64,000 nt of DNA from Eubacteriales bacterium (GTDB lineage Bacteria; Bacillota; Clostridia; Oscillospirales; CAG-272), in contig JAZRLS010000022.1 of NCBI GenBank assembly GCA_045646945.1, positions 1,181 to 65,180 of the forward strand. Direction: 5' to 3'. This document shows positions 1 to 9,724 of the stretch, piece by piece (the first letter of the stretch is position 1; each line of letters opens with the position of its first letter). Both the position numbers and the translations under genes were made by a program. The notes under the pieces were generated by a model. That model worked only from the letters and a program-made list of their open reading frames with translations. It had not been told where the DNA came from and did no database searches.

Positions 1-610
1 TGCGGGAGAAATTATTGCGGCAATGACGAGAGCGGTAAAGCTTCCCGTGACGGTGAAAATTCGTTCGGGATGGGATGCATCCTCTGTCAATGCTCCCGAA
101 ATGGCAAAAATTCTCGAGCAAAGCGGTGCGTCGCTCATTTGTATTCACGCAAGAACCAAGGAACAGCTTTATACGCCGGGCATTGATCTTTCGGTGATTG
201 AACGCGTCAAACGTGCTGTATCTGTCCCCGTCATTGGAAACGGAGATATTTCTTCTGCGAATGATGCGGTTGCTATGATGGAAAAAACAGGCTGCGACGG
301 CGTGATGGTCGGACGAGGTGCCATGGGAAATCCGTGGATCTTTGAGGAAATTGCGGCTCGTTTGGAGGGGCGTGAGTTCATTTGTCCGACGGTCGAAGAA
401 CGTATTTCAACGGCACTTGCCCATTTGGCGGAAATGATCGCGCATAAGGGTGACCGCGTAGGTCTTGCTGAGGGAAAGAAACACGTTTCGTGGTATCTGA
501 ATGGGCTTCGTGGTGCGGCTTCGGCACGTGCCGCCATTATGACGGCAGATTCGTCCGAAGCGATTCGTTCGGTTTTAGAATCTGTTTTGAAAGAAAACGA
601 GAGAGTATGA
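1..610 (+). CDS. dusB: tRNA-dihydrouridine synthase B (5' part lies upstream of window)
   Basis: PVTVKIRSGWD, IHART, VIGNGDI, DGVMVGRGAMGNPWIF motifs of the Dus family; reading frame open from the window edge. Confidence 0.92.
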   Translation, partial: AGEIIAAMTRAVKLPVTVKIRSGWDASSVNAPEMAKILEQSGASLICIHARTKEQLYTPGIDLSVIERVKRAVSVPVIGNGDISSANDAVAMMEKTGCDGVMVGRGAMGNPWIFEEIAARLEGREFICPTVEERISTALAHLAEMIAHKGDRVGLAEGKKHVSWYLNGLRGAASARAAIMTADSSEAIRSVLESVLKENERV

Positions 611-1248
611 AACATAAAAATTCTTGCAAAAAACGAATTGCCGTGATTTCCGCAAACCGTGAGATTTCGCTGTTTTTTGAATTGGAAGCGACCGCTTGCG
701 GATGTCCCGTGCAGACCTTTTTCGCCCCACCCGAAGACGTTTCGGCGTTTGATCTTGTTGTGCTCGACCTTACGGCAGGAATTTGCTTTTCTCAAAGTGA
801 TGCGTGCCAAATCGCCGCACTTTGTGTGGGAGAACGCAAGATTGAAGTCCAGCGATTTGATTACGTGTGGGAGTGGCCGATCTCGGTAGAAACCGTCAAA
901 GAGGCGTACGAGGGCACTACTTCGGTCAAGGAAGAAACTGTCGTGTCGTCCGAATCAAATCCAACCATCTATTTTTTGTCAGAACAAGAAAACACGGTGG
1001 TATATCGAAATCAAACGATTGCTTTGACGAGTAGCGAGTGTCTCGTGCTGAATTTGCTTGCCGACCGCCGTCCAGAAGCAGTCAGCCGTGCAGAGCTTTC
1101 TGCGCTCTTTGAAGGAACACAAGGGAATCTTGCCGACGTTCATATCTGCCATTTGCGAAAAAAGCTGGAAGCTCCGTTTGGCGTTCGTCTGATCGAAACC
1201 GTGCGCGGAAAAGGATATCTTTTAAAAGCAAAAATTGTATATTTATAA
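607..1248 (+). CDS. OmpR/PhoB-type winged-helix regulator with degenerate receiver domain
   Basis: C-terminal LTSSE...VSRAEL...DVHICHLRKKL...IETVRGKGY is the OmpR DNA-binding signature; ATG at 607 overlaps dusB TGA (ATGA). Confidence 0.8.
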   Translation: MKHKNSCKKRIAVISANREISLFFELEATACGCPVQTFFAPPEDVSAFDLVVLDLTAGICFSQSDACQIAALCVGERKIEVQRFDYVWEWPISVETVKEAYEGTTSVKEETVVSSESNPTIYFLSEQENTVVYRNQTIALTSSECLVLNLLADRRPEAVSRAELSALFEGTQGNLADVHICHLRKKLEAPFGVRLIETVRGKGYLLKAKIVYL

Positions 1249-1284
1249 AAAACATTGCCGAGTAATGCTCGGCAATGTTTTTTT
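1247..1284 (+). terminator. Intrinsic terminator
   Basis: AAAAAACATTGCCGAG-taatg-CTCGGCAATGTTTTTT hairpin with T tract. Confidence 0.85.
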
Positions 1285-1304
1285 GTAAATTTTTAAAAAA
1301 ACTA

Positions 1305-1348
1305 TTGACAAAACTGTATTGACTGTGTATAATATGATATATACAGTT
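1305..1348 (+). promoter_or_regulatory. sigma-A promoter overlapped by a GntR/YtrA-type operator
   Basis: TTGACA(1305)-17 bp-TATAAT(1328); imperfect palindrome CTGTGTATA-atatga-TATATACAG over the -10, typical of YtrA autoregulation. Confidence 0.75.
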
Positions 1349-1363
1349 GGTGGAGGTGATGAT

Positions 1364-1741
1364 GTGACAATTTTTATTGACAATAAGAGTGGAGATCCGA
1401 TTTATAATCAGATCTATTCACAAATCAAACATCAAATTTTAAACGGCACGTTAAAGTCCGATGAAATGCTTCCGTCGATCCGAGGGCTTGCTAAGGATCT
1501 TCGTATCAGTTTTATCACGACCAAGCGCGCGTATGAGGAGTTGGAAAGGGAAGGCTTTATTTATACGATTCCTGCCAAAGGGTGTTACGTTTCACCTCAA
1601 AATTTAGAACTGGTACGCGAAGAAAAATTGAAAAAGATCGAAGAGCATTTGGCGGAAATCAAAAATCTTGCTTTGGTATGTGAGCTGAGCGAAGAGGATT
1701 TGATCGAAATGATTCGATTTGAATGGGAGGAAGAAAAATGA
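1364..1741 (+). CDS. GntR family (YtrA subfamily) transcriptional regulator
   Basis: PIYNQIYSQIK...LPSIRGLAKDLRISFITTKRAYEELEREG; GGAGG RBS before GTG 1364; precedes ABC exporter. Confidence 0.9.
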   Translation: MTIFIDNKSGDPIYNQIYSQIKHQILNGTLKSDEMLPSIRGLAKDLRISFITTKRAYEELEREGFIYTIPAKGCYVSPQNLELVREEKLKKIEEHLAEIKNLALVCELSEEDLIEMIRFEWEEEK

Positions 1742-2574
1742 ATGCGTTGGAAATCAAAGATTTATATTTTAAAAACGGAAATTTCGTTTTGGGAGAGCTT
1801 TCGTTGACACTCCCCGGCGGCTGTATTATGGGACTTGTGGGAAAAAACGGCGCAGGAAAGACCTCGCTGATTTATTTGATTCTGGATATGTTTCACAAAG
1901 ACCGCGGAAGTGTTTCGATTTTTGGACGAAAAAAGAATTTGAATTTAACAAAACAAGAGATCGGTGTGGTATTAGACGAAGTGGGGATTCCCCAATGTAT
2001 GACGGCAATTCAGGTGGGGAAAATGATGAAGGGGATTTATTCCGCTTGGGATGATGCCGAATATTCGCGCTTGCTTGAGAAGCTTTCGATCCCGAAAGAT
2101 ATTGCCTTTTTGAATTATTCCCGTGGAATGCAGATGAAGCTCGGTATTGCAATTGCATTGTCCCATGGAGCGAAGCTTTTGATTTTGGATGAGCCAATGA
2201 ACGGTCTTGATCCGATTGCCCGTGACGATTTTCTCTCACTACTTTATGATTTTACCAGAGATGAAAATCATTCCGTTTTAATTTCTTCGCATCTTGTTAG
2301 TGATCTCGAAAAGCTCTGTGATTATATTGCGTTTTTGCACAAGGGAAATTTATTGCTTTGCGAAGAGAAGGACGCGCTTTTGGAGCAATATGGAATGATT
2401 CATTGCTCCGAAGAGGAGTTTTCTTCTATGGATCCCAATACGGTAAAATATCAAAGGAAAACGCCCTACGGAATGGATGTGGTGATGCTGCGAAAGGATA
2501 TTTCCGAGGAGTATAACGTATCTCCGATCACGATTGAAGAACTGTTTGTATTTATGGTAAAGGAGAGCTTTTAA
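1738..2574 (+). CDS. ABC transporter ATP-binding protein (ABC-2 exporter type)
   Basis: Walker A GKNGAGKT, signature YSRGM, Walker B LILDEP, SSH switch. Confidence 0.92.
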   Translation: MNALEIKDLYFKNGNFVLGELSLTLPGGCIMGLVGKNGAGKTSLIYLILDMFHKDRGSVSIFGRKKNLNLTKQEIGVVLDEVGIPQCMTAIQVGKMMKGIYSAWDDAEYSRLLEKLSIPKDIAFLNYSRGMQMKLGIAIALSHGAKLLILDEPMNGLDPIARDDFLSLLYDFTRDENHSVLISSHLVSDLEKLCDYIAFLHKGNLLLCEEKDALLEQYGMIHCSEEEFSSMDPNTVKYQRKTPYGMDVVMLRKDISEEYNVSPITIEELFVFMVKESF

Positions 2575-3251
2575 TGAAAGGACTTTTGTATAAAGATTTT
2601 TTGATGGCTTGGAAATATTGTAAGATGTATTTAGTAATTACGGTTGTATTTTTGGCATTATTCTTTTTCATTACGGATTCTTGGCTTTTTATTCTTTATC
2701 CGGGGATTCTCTTTGGTATGATTCCAATCAATCTTTTAGCGTATGACGAGCATAGTCGATGGAAAATTTTTTCTCAGACCTTGCCGTATTCCAAAGATAA
2801 GGTTGTTTCGGCAAAGTATTTGGTCGGATTGCTTCCAACGACGATTTTTTCGGTATTAGTTTCTCTTGTATATGGAATTTCAAGACAGATTGAAAATCAA
2901 TTTTCTTTCTCGGAACTGGGTGCTGTCTTATTCGTAGGATTCTTTTTACCGCTTCTTTTTTCTGCATTTTCTTTGCCGCTTGTTTTTCGGTTTGGCACAG
3001 AAAGGGGAAGAATGGTTTCTCTCATTGGTGTTGCCGCAGTTTGTGGTTTCACCTTTGCATACGGTGCTTTTCGAAAAGCTTCTTATACAATCTCGATGCC
3101 GACGATTACTCCCGCAATTCTTTGGATCATTGGCGCCATTATTCTTGCATTGTACGTACTCTCTTGGAAAATCTCTATCGCATTGTATCAAAAAAATACT
3201 TTCTATCCTGATAGAAGAAAATCGTGGAAAGAGATTTTAAAAAGGAAATAA
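2574..3251 (+). CDS. ABC-2 type transporter permease
   Basis: MKGLLYKD start, about 6 hydrophobic segments, LPYSK...VSAKY motif; coupled to ATPase gene. Confidence 0.85.
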   Translation: MKGLLYKDFLMAWKYCKMYLVITVVFLALFFFITDSWLFILYPGILFGMIPINLLAYDEHSRWKIFSQTLPYSKDKVVSAKYLVGLLPTTIFSVLVSLVYGISRQIENQFSFSELGAVLFVGFFLPLLFSAFSLPLVFRFGTERGRMVSLIGVAAVCGFTFAYGAFRKASYTISMPTITPAILWIIGAIILALYVLSWKISIALYQKNTFYPDRRKSWKEILKRK

Positions 3252-3256
3252 AGAAC

Positions 3257-3283
3257 AAGCCACGGAGTTTTGCTCCGTGGCTT
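3257..3283. terminator. Hairpin between convergent genes
   Basis: AAGCCACGGAG-ttttg-CTCCGTGGCTT. Confidence 0.75.
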
Positions 3284-3293
3284 TGGTGTTTGA

Positions 3294-4082
3294 TTAAAAG
3301 CTTTCCAGCGATTTATTGAGGAAAGCGCGGGTCAGAGGAGATTTTGGATTCTCGAAGAGCTCTTCGGGAGTACCGCGTTCTTCAATGACTCCGTTTGCCA
3401 TAAAGATAACCTCATCGGAAACGTTCTTCGCAAATTCCATCTCGTGTGTTACGACGATCATGGTACTGTCCGAAGATTTCAAGCTCTTGATGACTCGGAG
3501 AACCTCTCCCGTCAGCTCGGGGTCGAGTGCCGAAGTCGGTTCGTCAAAGCAGAGAATATCAGGGGAGAGGGCAAGCGCACGCGCGATTGCGACACGCTGC
3601 TGCTGACCGCCCGAAAGCTGACAGGGATAAAAATCCGCCTTATCGGTAAGTCCGACTTTTTCAAGAAGCTCCCAAGCTTTTTTCTTGATCTCTTCTTCTT
3701 TTGCTTTATGTTCTTCCTTCGTCAGTTTTTGCTCGGTCAGTCGCATTAGCGGAGCCAGCGTAATATTATCAAACGCCGTATACTGCGGGAAGAGATTGAA
3801 GGATTGAAACACAAGACCGAAATGTAAACGGTTTTGGCGGATTTCCGCTTCCTTCATTGCCTTATCCTTGGATGCGTCAAAAATCACCTTGCCGTCGATC
3901 GACATCGTTCCTACATCGGGTGTTTCCAAAAAATTCAGGCAACGGAGCAGGGTGGTTTTACCGCTTCCCGACGAACCGATGATCGAAAGGACGTTACCTT
4001 TTTCGAGAGAAAAATCAATTCCTTTCAAGACTTCGGTTTTTCCGAAGCTTTTTTTGATATTTAAAACTTCAAAAAACGCCAT
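3294..4082 (-). CDS. Polar amino acid ABC transporter ATP-binding protein
   Basis: [48 protein letters not shown]. Confidence 0.95.
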   Translation of the reverse strand: MAFFEVLNIKKSFGKTEVLKGIDFSLEKGNVLSIIGSSGSGKTTLLRCLNFLETPDVGTMSIDGKVIFDASKDKAMKEAEIRQNRLHFGLVFQSFNLFPQYTAFDNITLAPLMRLTEQKLTKEEHKAKEEEIKKKAWELLEKVGLTDKADFYPCQLSGGQQQRVAIARALALSPDILCFDEPTSALDPELTGEVLRVIKSLKSSDSTMIVVTHEMEFAKNVSDEVIFMANGVIEERGTPEELFENPKSPLTRAFLNKSLESF

Positions 4083-4084
4083 AG

Positions 4085-4774
4085 TTACACCTTAAAATAT
4101 CCCAATTTTTTCTCAAGCTTTCCAAGAAGGATGGTTAAGAGACCGTTGATCAGCAGGTAGAAGAGACCCGCATAGAAGATCGGCCACAAGATTGCCTTGG
4201 TATTGACGATACCCTTTGCCACCGTAAAGAGATCCAGTCGAATCACAACGCTGGCAAGAGCAGTATCCTTGACGAGCGTAATGATCTCATTGGACATCGG
4301 AGCGACGATGCGCTTGACTACCTGCAAGAAAATGACCTTAGAGAAGGTTTGCGATTTCGTCATACCAAGCACCTGCGCCGCCTCGTACTGACCTTGTGGA
4401 ACGCTTTGAATGCCTCCACGGTAGATCTCCGAAAAATAGCACGCATAGTTAATGCTGAAAGCCACGCAGACCATCGTCAGAAGCGCGACCTCACCACGCA
4501 GGGCAAGATCGATCGGAATTCCGATTGCCTGCATAATATTAGAAAAGCTTGTAGGGAGAAAGAGAAAGAAAATGATTTGAAGCATCAGAGGCGTTCCTCG
4601 GATGACCCAAACGAATGCACGGGTAATTGCGCTGATAATCTTGATTTTTGATTTAGAACCAAAGGCAATCAAAAGTCCAAGAGGGAGCGCGACAAGAAGT
4701 GTTACTCCAAAGATTAGAAGGGTATAAAGCAACCCTTCTAATAATTGGAGCGTAACATTGAAAAATAATGTCAT
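4085..4774 (-). CDS. Polar amino acid ABC transporter permease
   Basis: [28 protein letters not shown] (EAA loop), LVKDTAL. Confidence 0.93.
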   Translation of the reverse strand: MTLFFNVTLQLLEGLLYTLLIFGVTLLVALPLGLLIAFGSKSKIKIISAITRAFVWVIRGTPLMLQIIFFLFLPTSFSNIMQAIGIPIDLALRGEVALLTMVCVAFSINYACYFSEIYRGGIQSVPQGQYEAAQVLGMTKSQTFSKVIFLQVVKRIVAPMSNEIITLVKDTALASVVIRLDLFTVAKGIVNTKAILWPIFYAGLFYLLINGLLTILLGKLEKKLGYFKV

Positions 4775-4790
4775 GAGTAGATGCTAAGGA

Positions 4791-5645
4791 TTATTCTTCT
4801 TCTGCGATTTTTACGCAAGCCTCACCGGCAGAACCTGCTTCTGCACCGATGATAGCCTTGGACATCGAATCGAGATTGGTGTACTTATCCTTATCCTCAA
4901 CGCGAACAATTGCAACCTGCTTGTTGTTCAGATAGGGCATCGAAATTTCCATGTTTGCAAGTCTTTCCTCGGTAATGGTCATACCGTTCCAGATGCAGTC
5001 GATGGTCTTGTTGTTCAGGAGTGCTTCCTTTGCATCCCAGTCGATTTCCTTGAATTCTACTTCGACACCGAGGTAGTCAGCGACAGCCTCAGCGAGCTCA
5101 ATATCAAAGCCGATCAGTTTACCGGAATCATCCTTGTACGCGATAGGAGCAAAGATGGTGTAACCAACGATGAACTTGCCCTGCTCGAGGATGTAGTTCC
5201 AGTCCTCAAGTTCAGCTTCGGTGGGCTCTTCGATTTCCATATTTTCATCAATGCAAACTTCAGAAGCAATGCCGTACTTTTCCGCGATATCCTCAACAAT
5301 ACCTGCTTTGGTGAGCGAGATCAGAGCTGCGTTGATTGCCTTGGCCAGGGCACTGCCTTTTCTGGCAGCGATACCGTACTGTTCAGCCTCGAACTTGACG
5401 TCTTCAACGATCATCAGCTTATCCTTGTAATCAGAGTCGTCCTGATTCAGGTAATAGCCAGCCATAATGCTGTCCATTACGCCAACGTCAATCGACTTGG
5501 AGTTCAACTGAGCAAGAACGTCCATCTGGGCGGAGAGAGGGGTGTACTTCTTACCAAACTGGAGCTTTTCACCGCAAGAGGTGAAGGAAATGGATGCGCC
5601 AACCAGCATCAGCAGAGCGAGCGCAAGAGCGAGAATCTTTTTCAT
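4791..5645 (-). CDS. Amino acid ABC substrate-binding lipoprotein (family 3), circularly permuted
   Basis: Signal peptide with lipobox Cys24; GFDIELAEAVA, IDWD, IDCIWNGMTITEER and EQYGIAARKG motifs present but in swapped order. Confidence 0.88.
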   Translation of the reverse strand: MKKILALALALLMLVGASISFTSCGEKLQFGKKYTPLSAQMDVLAQLNSKSIDVGVMDSIMAGYYLNQDDSDYKDKLMIVEDVKFEAEQYGIAARKGSALAKAINAALISLTKAGIVEDIAEKYGIASEVCIDENMEIEEPTEAELEDWNYILEQGKFIVGYTIFAPIAYKDDSGKLIGFDIELAEAVADYLGVEVEFKEIDWDAKEALLNNKTIDCIWNGMTITEERLANMEISMPYLNNKQVAIVRVEDKDKYTNLDSMSKAIIGAEAGSAGEACVKIAEEE

Positions 5646-5708
5646 AAAAATACCTCCCGACCGTGATGATTACGGTCATAAAATAAAAATGTTTTTCAAA
5701 GAGAAAGC

Positions 5709-5770
5709 CACTTTAGTGCTTTACTTTGATAAAGTATTATAATCATACCACAAAACCTTTCGTTTGTCAA
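5709..5770 (-). promoter_or_regulatory. sigma-A promoter with HisR-like operator at the transcription start
   Basis: Minus strand TTGACA(5770-5765)-17 bp-TATGAT(5747-5742); CACTTTAG-tg-CTTTA-ctttga-TAAAGTA at 5709-5736. Confidence 0.65.
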
Positions 5771-5926
5771 GTCTTTTTTTATTTTTTATATAAATTATGT
5801 ATAACATAAAATTATGTCGAAAATTTTTAATCGGTAATGTCGCTTTTTTCTTTTTTGTTCTTGAAAAGAGGAGGGAAGTATGCTATAATAAAAATGTAAA
5901 ACCTATTGAACTTGTGAGGTGAAAAT

Positions 5927-7600
5927 ATGGATTATCAAGCAAAATATCAACATTGGTTTGAAAACGCAGATATGGCAACAAAGGCAGAGCTTGCCGACAT
6001 TGCAGGAAATGACAAAGAGATCAAGGAGCGATTTTTCTGTGATCTTGCCTTTGGAACGGGCGGTTTGCGCGGTGTGATTGGCGCGGGAACCAACCGTATG
6101 AACAAGTACATCATTCGAAAAACGACGCAGGGCTATGCCGAATACGTGAAGAAAGCAGGTGCTGAGGCTTGCCGTCGAGGAGTGGTAATTGCCCATGATA
6201 ACCGTCGTTTTAGTATTGAATTTGCCGCAGAAACGGCAGGCGTACTTGCCGCAAACGGCATTCGGGCATATCTGTTTGATTCGCTTCGTCCTACGCCGGA
6301 GCTTTCGTTCTCGGTCAGAGAACTTGGAGCCTTTGGCGGTGTTATGATTACGGCGTCGCACAATCCACCAGAATATAATGGCTATAAACTTTATGATGAG
6401 CGCGGATGCCAGTTGGTTCCTGATGTCAATGATGAGGTTGTGGCAGAGATTGAGCGTATTGCCGATCCGTTGACAGTGAAATCCCTCTCCAAAGAAGAAG
6501 CTGGGGCTTTGATTCTTACAGTCGATCCTGCGATTGATGAAACCTACTATAATGCTGTCATGAAGATCACGCTCAATAACGATCTTGACAAGAGTGACGT
6601 GAAAATTGTATATTCTCCTCAGCACGGAACGGGTAATGTTCCCGTAAGAACCGTTCTTTCTCGCTTGGGATATCATGTAATTCCCGTAGAAGAGCAGTGT
6701 GTTCCCGATACTGAGTTTTCCAAAACGCTCAATCCGAACCCTGAAGTAGCTGATGCTTACGTTCTTGCATTGGAATATGCCAACAAGGCAAACGCAGATA
6801 TCGTAATTACGACCGACCCTGACTGTGACCGCTTGGGCGTTGCCGTGAAGCACAACGGAGAATATATTCGTATGACGGGAAATCAATCTGCGGCAGTTCT
6901 TCTGGAATACATTCTTTCTCAAAAATCGGAGATGGGAACGCTTCCGGCAAATGGTGTAATGTTTAATACGATCGTTACATCGGATCTAGGTGACCGTATT
7001 TGTGAAAACTACGGTGTGAGCGTAGAGAAGACGTTGACGGGCTTTAAGTTTATCGGCGATAAGGTTTATCGTCACGAATTGAAGGGCGATAAGACTTTTG
7101 TCTTCGGATATGAGGAAAGCTACGGCTGTCTGATTTCCGACTGCGTTCGCGATAAGGATGCGGTGCAGGCTTCCTTGATGCTTTGTGAAGCAACCGTATA
7201 TTATCATAAGCTTGGTATGACGTTGATTGACGCGCTGCAAGCACTTTATAAGAAATATGGCTTCTATCGTGACGCTTTGGATAACTTTACCTTTAAGGGA
7301 CTTGACGGAGCAGAAAAAATTAAGGCGTTGGTGAACGGACTTCGCAAAGCACCGCCTTCCAAGGCAGGCAACATAGCGGTTCTGAAGATGGAGGACTATG
7401 CTTCTAAGGAAATGATGGATGCGGGATTTCCGTCTTCCGACGTTCTTCGCTTTGTTCTTGCCGACGGTAGCTGGGTTGCTGTTCGTCCGAGCGGTACGGA
7501 ACCGAAGTGTAAGTTCTATTTCAGCGTGGTTGCTCCCACGCCCACCGAAGCGGACGCAAAGCTTGCGGTCATGAGAGAAACCTTTGAAAAGGATTGCTAA
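5927..7600 (+). CDS. pgm: Phosphoglucomutase / phospho-sugar mutase
   Basis: FGTGGLRG, ITASHNP (catalytic Ser), DPDCDR metal loop, GYEES, RPSGTEPK. Confidence 0.93.
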   Translation: MDYQAKYQHWFENADMATKAELADIAGNDKEIKERFFCDLAFGTGGLRGVIGAGTNRMNKYIIRKTTQGYAEYVKKAGAEACRRGVVIAHDNRRFSIEFAAETAGVLAANGIRAYLFDSLRPTPELSFSVRELGAFGGVMITASHNPPEYNGYKLYDERGCQLVPDVNDEVVAEIERIADPLTVKSLSKEEAGALILTVDPAIDETYYNAVMKITLNNDLDKSDVKIVYSPQHGTGNVPVRTVLSRLGYHVIPVEEQCVPDTEFSKTLNPNPEVADAYVLALEYANKANADIVITTDPDCDRLGVAVKHNGEYIRMTGNQSAAVLLEYILSQKSEMGTLPANGVMFNTIVTSDLGDRICENYGVSVEKTLTGFKFIGDKVYRHELKGDKTFVFGYEESYGCLISDCVRDKDAVQASLMLCEATVYYHKLGMTLIDALQALYKKYGFYRDALDNFTFKGLDGAEKIKALVNGLRKAPPSKAGNIAVLKMEDYASKEMMDAGFPSSDVLRFVLADGSWVAVRPSGTEPKCKFYFSVVAPTPTEADAKLAVMRETFEKDC

Positions 7601-7609
7601 AAAAAAGTT

Positions 7610-7640
7610 AACTGCCACCGATATCGGTGGCAGTTTTTTT
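7610..7640 (+). terminator. Intrinsic terminator
   Basis: AACTGCCACCGA-ta-TCGGTGGCAGTT followed by T run. Confidence 0.85.
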
Positions 7641-7712
7641 AAAAAAAGACTTTCCTTTTTAGAAAAAATATGTTATAATAAAAAAGAATTTTAGAAAAAG
7701 GAGGATGTTTCC

Positions 7713-9605
7713 GTGGATACGGTAGAGAATAAAACAGTGCAATATTTAACAGGAATTCATTCTCCCGAAGATTTTCAAGCAATTCCTTCCGATAAAATGA
7801 AGGATGTTGCAGAGGAGATTCGTACCGAACTCATTCGAGTAATCTCGAAAAATGGCGGACATCTTGCATCGAATCTTGGTGTGGTAGAATTGACGATGGC
7901 AATTCACCGCGTTTTTCATACACCCAAAGATCATATCATCTTTGACGTAGGACATCAGAGTTATGTGCATAAAATGTTGACGGGACGCTATGATCGAATC
8001 GAAACAATTCGTCAAGCAGGAGGTCTTAGCGGCTTTACTAATCGCTTTGAAAGCGAGCACGACTGTTTTGGCGCGGGGCATAGCTCCACGTCGCTTTCGG
8101 CGGCATTGGGCTTTGCTGTATCCGATTCTTTGAATGATTCGGATGCCTATACGGTGGTAGTGATCGGGGACGGTGCTTATACGGGCGGAATGGTTCACGA
8201 AGCACTTAATAACTGCAAAAAGAAGCTTCGTCTTGTAATCATTATGAATGAAAACGAGATGTCGATTTCCAAAAACATCGGACGCTTTGCAAAGAATCTT
8301 TCCAAGCTTCGTACAAAATCGGGATATTTTAAAACGAAACGATGGACGGGAATGTTTCTCAGACGACTTCCCGTGATCGGAAAGCCAACCTTCCGAATCG
8401 TTCGAGGCGTCAAGAAAATGTTTAAAAACGTTCTTTACGGATCGAATTATTTTGAGAGTATGGGGCTTACGTATTTAGGTCCCATCGATGGTAACGACTA
8501 CGAGGCCGTTCAAAATTTGTTGCAGGAAGCAAAAAAACTGGATGAAAGCGTTGTCGTTCATTTGAAGACGAAAAAGGGAAAAGGATATGCTCCTGCGGAA
8601 GAAGCTCCTGATTTTTATCACGGAATCAGTCCGCAGGCATCCAATGCTTGCCAAACGACGTTTTCCAAGGAAATGGGAAAAATTTTGGCTGAGATGGCAG
8701 AAAAAGATCCAAGAATTTGTGCCATCACGGCGGCAATGGGAGAGTCTACTGGATTAGATACCATCAAAAAAATTGCGCCCGAGCGTTTCTTTGACGTAGG
8801 AATTGCCGAGCCACACGCACTGACTTTTGCTGCGGGACTTTGTGCGAACGGAATGAAACCGTTTGTTGCGCTGTATTCTACGTTTTTACAAAGAGGATAC
8901 GACCAGGTGATCCACGATATTGCTCTTCAAAAACTGCCTTGCGTCCTTTTAGTCGACCGTGCAGGCTTGAATTCGGGTGACGGAGCAACACATCACGGAA
9001 TTTTTGACGTAGCGTTCTTGTCGCAAATTCCGAATCTGAAGATTTTCACGCCGATTACCTTTGAAACACTTCGAGTAGCAATCACAGAAGCGTATGAATC
9101 GAGTCTTCCTTGTGCGATTCGTTATCCGAATTCTGGAGAGGATAGCGCAATTGTAAATGCGTTCTATCCCAACGGATGTTCCCGTCGACTTGGAATTGCT
9201 AAGAATTATTCCGATCAAGACGAGCTGTCTATGGTGATCGTTACTCACGGGAAAATTGTCAAAGAAGCAATGATTGCTGCTGAACGCTTGCGTGAACAGG
9301 GAATTTCGGTTGGAATTTTGTTGTTGGAATTTTTAAAACCGTACGACGTGCTTTCGGATTTGCTTGCAGAGATGATTCCTACAAAAGACTGCAAGATCTT
9401 GTTCTTAGAGGAAGAGGTGCGAAGCGGCGGTATGGGAATGAGTCTTTCCGACCAAATGATTCGTCGCCACGGACTTGCTTCCGATTCGTTTGAAATTCTC
9501 GCTGTGGATGATTCTTTTGTGGAGCATCGCGAGGTTGGACAAGCCATCTATGAGGCAGCAGGCGTTGATTCGGTTGCTATTGAAAAAACTCTTTTGAGTT
9601 TATGA
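7713..9605 (+). CDS. dxs: 1-deoxy-D-xylulose-5-phosphate synthase
   Basis: [56 protein letters not shown]. Confidence 0.96.
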   Translation: MDTVENKTVQYLTGIHSPEDFQAIPSDKMKDVAEEIRTELIRVISKNGGHLASNLGVVELTMAIHRVFHTPKDHIIFDVGHQSYVHKMLTGRYDRIETIRQAGGLSGFTNRFESEHDCFGAGHSSTSLSAALGFAVSDSLNDSDAYTVVVIGDGAYTGGMVHEALNNCKKKLRLVIIMNENEMSISKNIGRFAKNLSKLRTKSGYFKTKRWTGMFLRRLPVIGKPTFRIVRGVKKMFKNVLYGSNYFESMGLTYLGPIDGNDYEAVQNLLQEAKKLDESVVVHLKTKKGKGYAPAEEAPDFYHGISPQASNACQTTFSKEMGKILAEMAEKDPRICAITAAMGESTGLDTIKKIAPERFFDVGIAEPHALTFAAGLCANGMKPFVALYSTFLQRGYDQVIHDIALQKLPCVLLVDRAGLNSGDGATHHGIFDVAFLSQIPNLKIFTPITFETLRVAITEAYESSLPCAIRYPNSGEDSAIVNAFYPNGCSRRLGIAKNYSDQDELSMVIVTHGKIVKEAMIAAERLREQGISVGILLLEFLKPYDVLSDLLAEMIPTKDCKILFLEEEVRSGGMGMSLSDQMIRRHGLASDSFEILAVDDSFVEHREVGQAIYEAAGVDSVAIEKTLLSL

Positions 9606-9608
9606 AAG

Positions 9609-9645
9609 AAAAAAGAGATTTCGTGAAAACGAAATCTCTTTTTTT
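9609..9645 (+). terminator. Intrinsic terminator
   Basis: AAAAAAGAGATTTCGT-gaaa-ACGAAATCTCTTTTTT. Confidence 0.85.
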
Positions 9646-9724
9646 AGGTTCTCTATTTATTTTTTTAAAAAAATATGTTATAATATCAATATTGAAATCT
9701 TTTTTGAAAAGGGGGAGTATTTCT

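Noticed and set aside
9646-9724. LexA (GAAC-N4-GTTC) box upstream of uvrBA
   Set aside because: No match visible in the intergenic region
9602-9724. Long N-terminal extensions in the ORF track for uvrB (also MATE, trmL, HPr, gpmI)
   Set aside because: They run through terminators or promoters; downstream starts with RBS match the family N-termini
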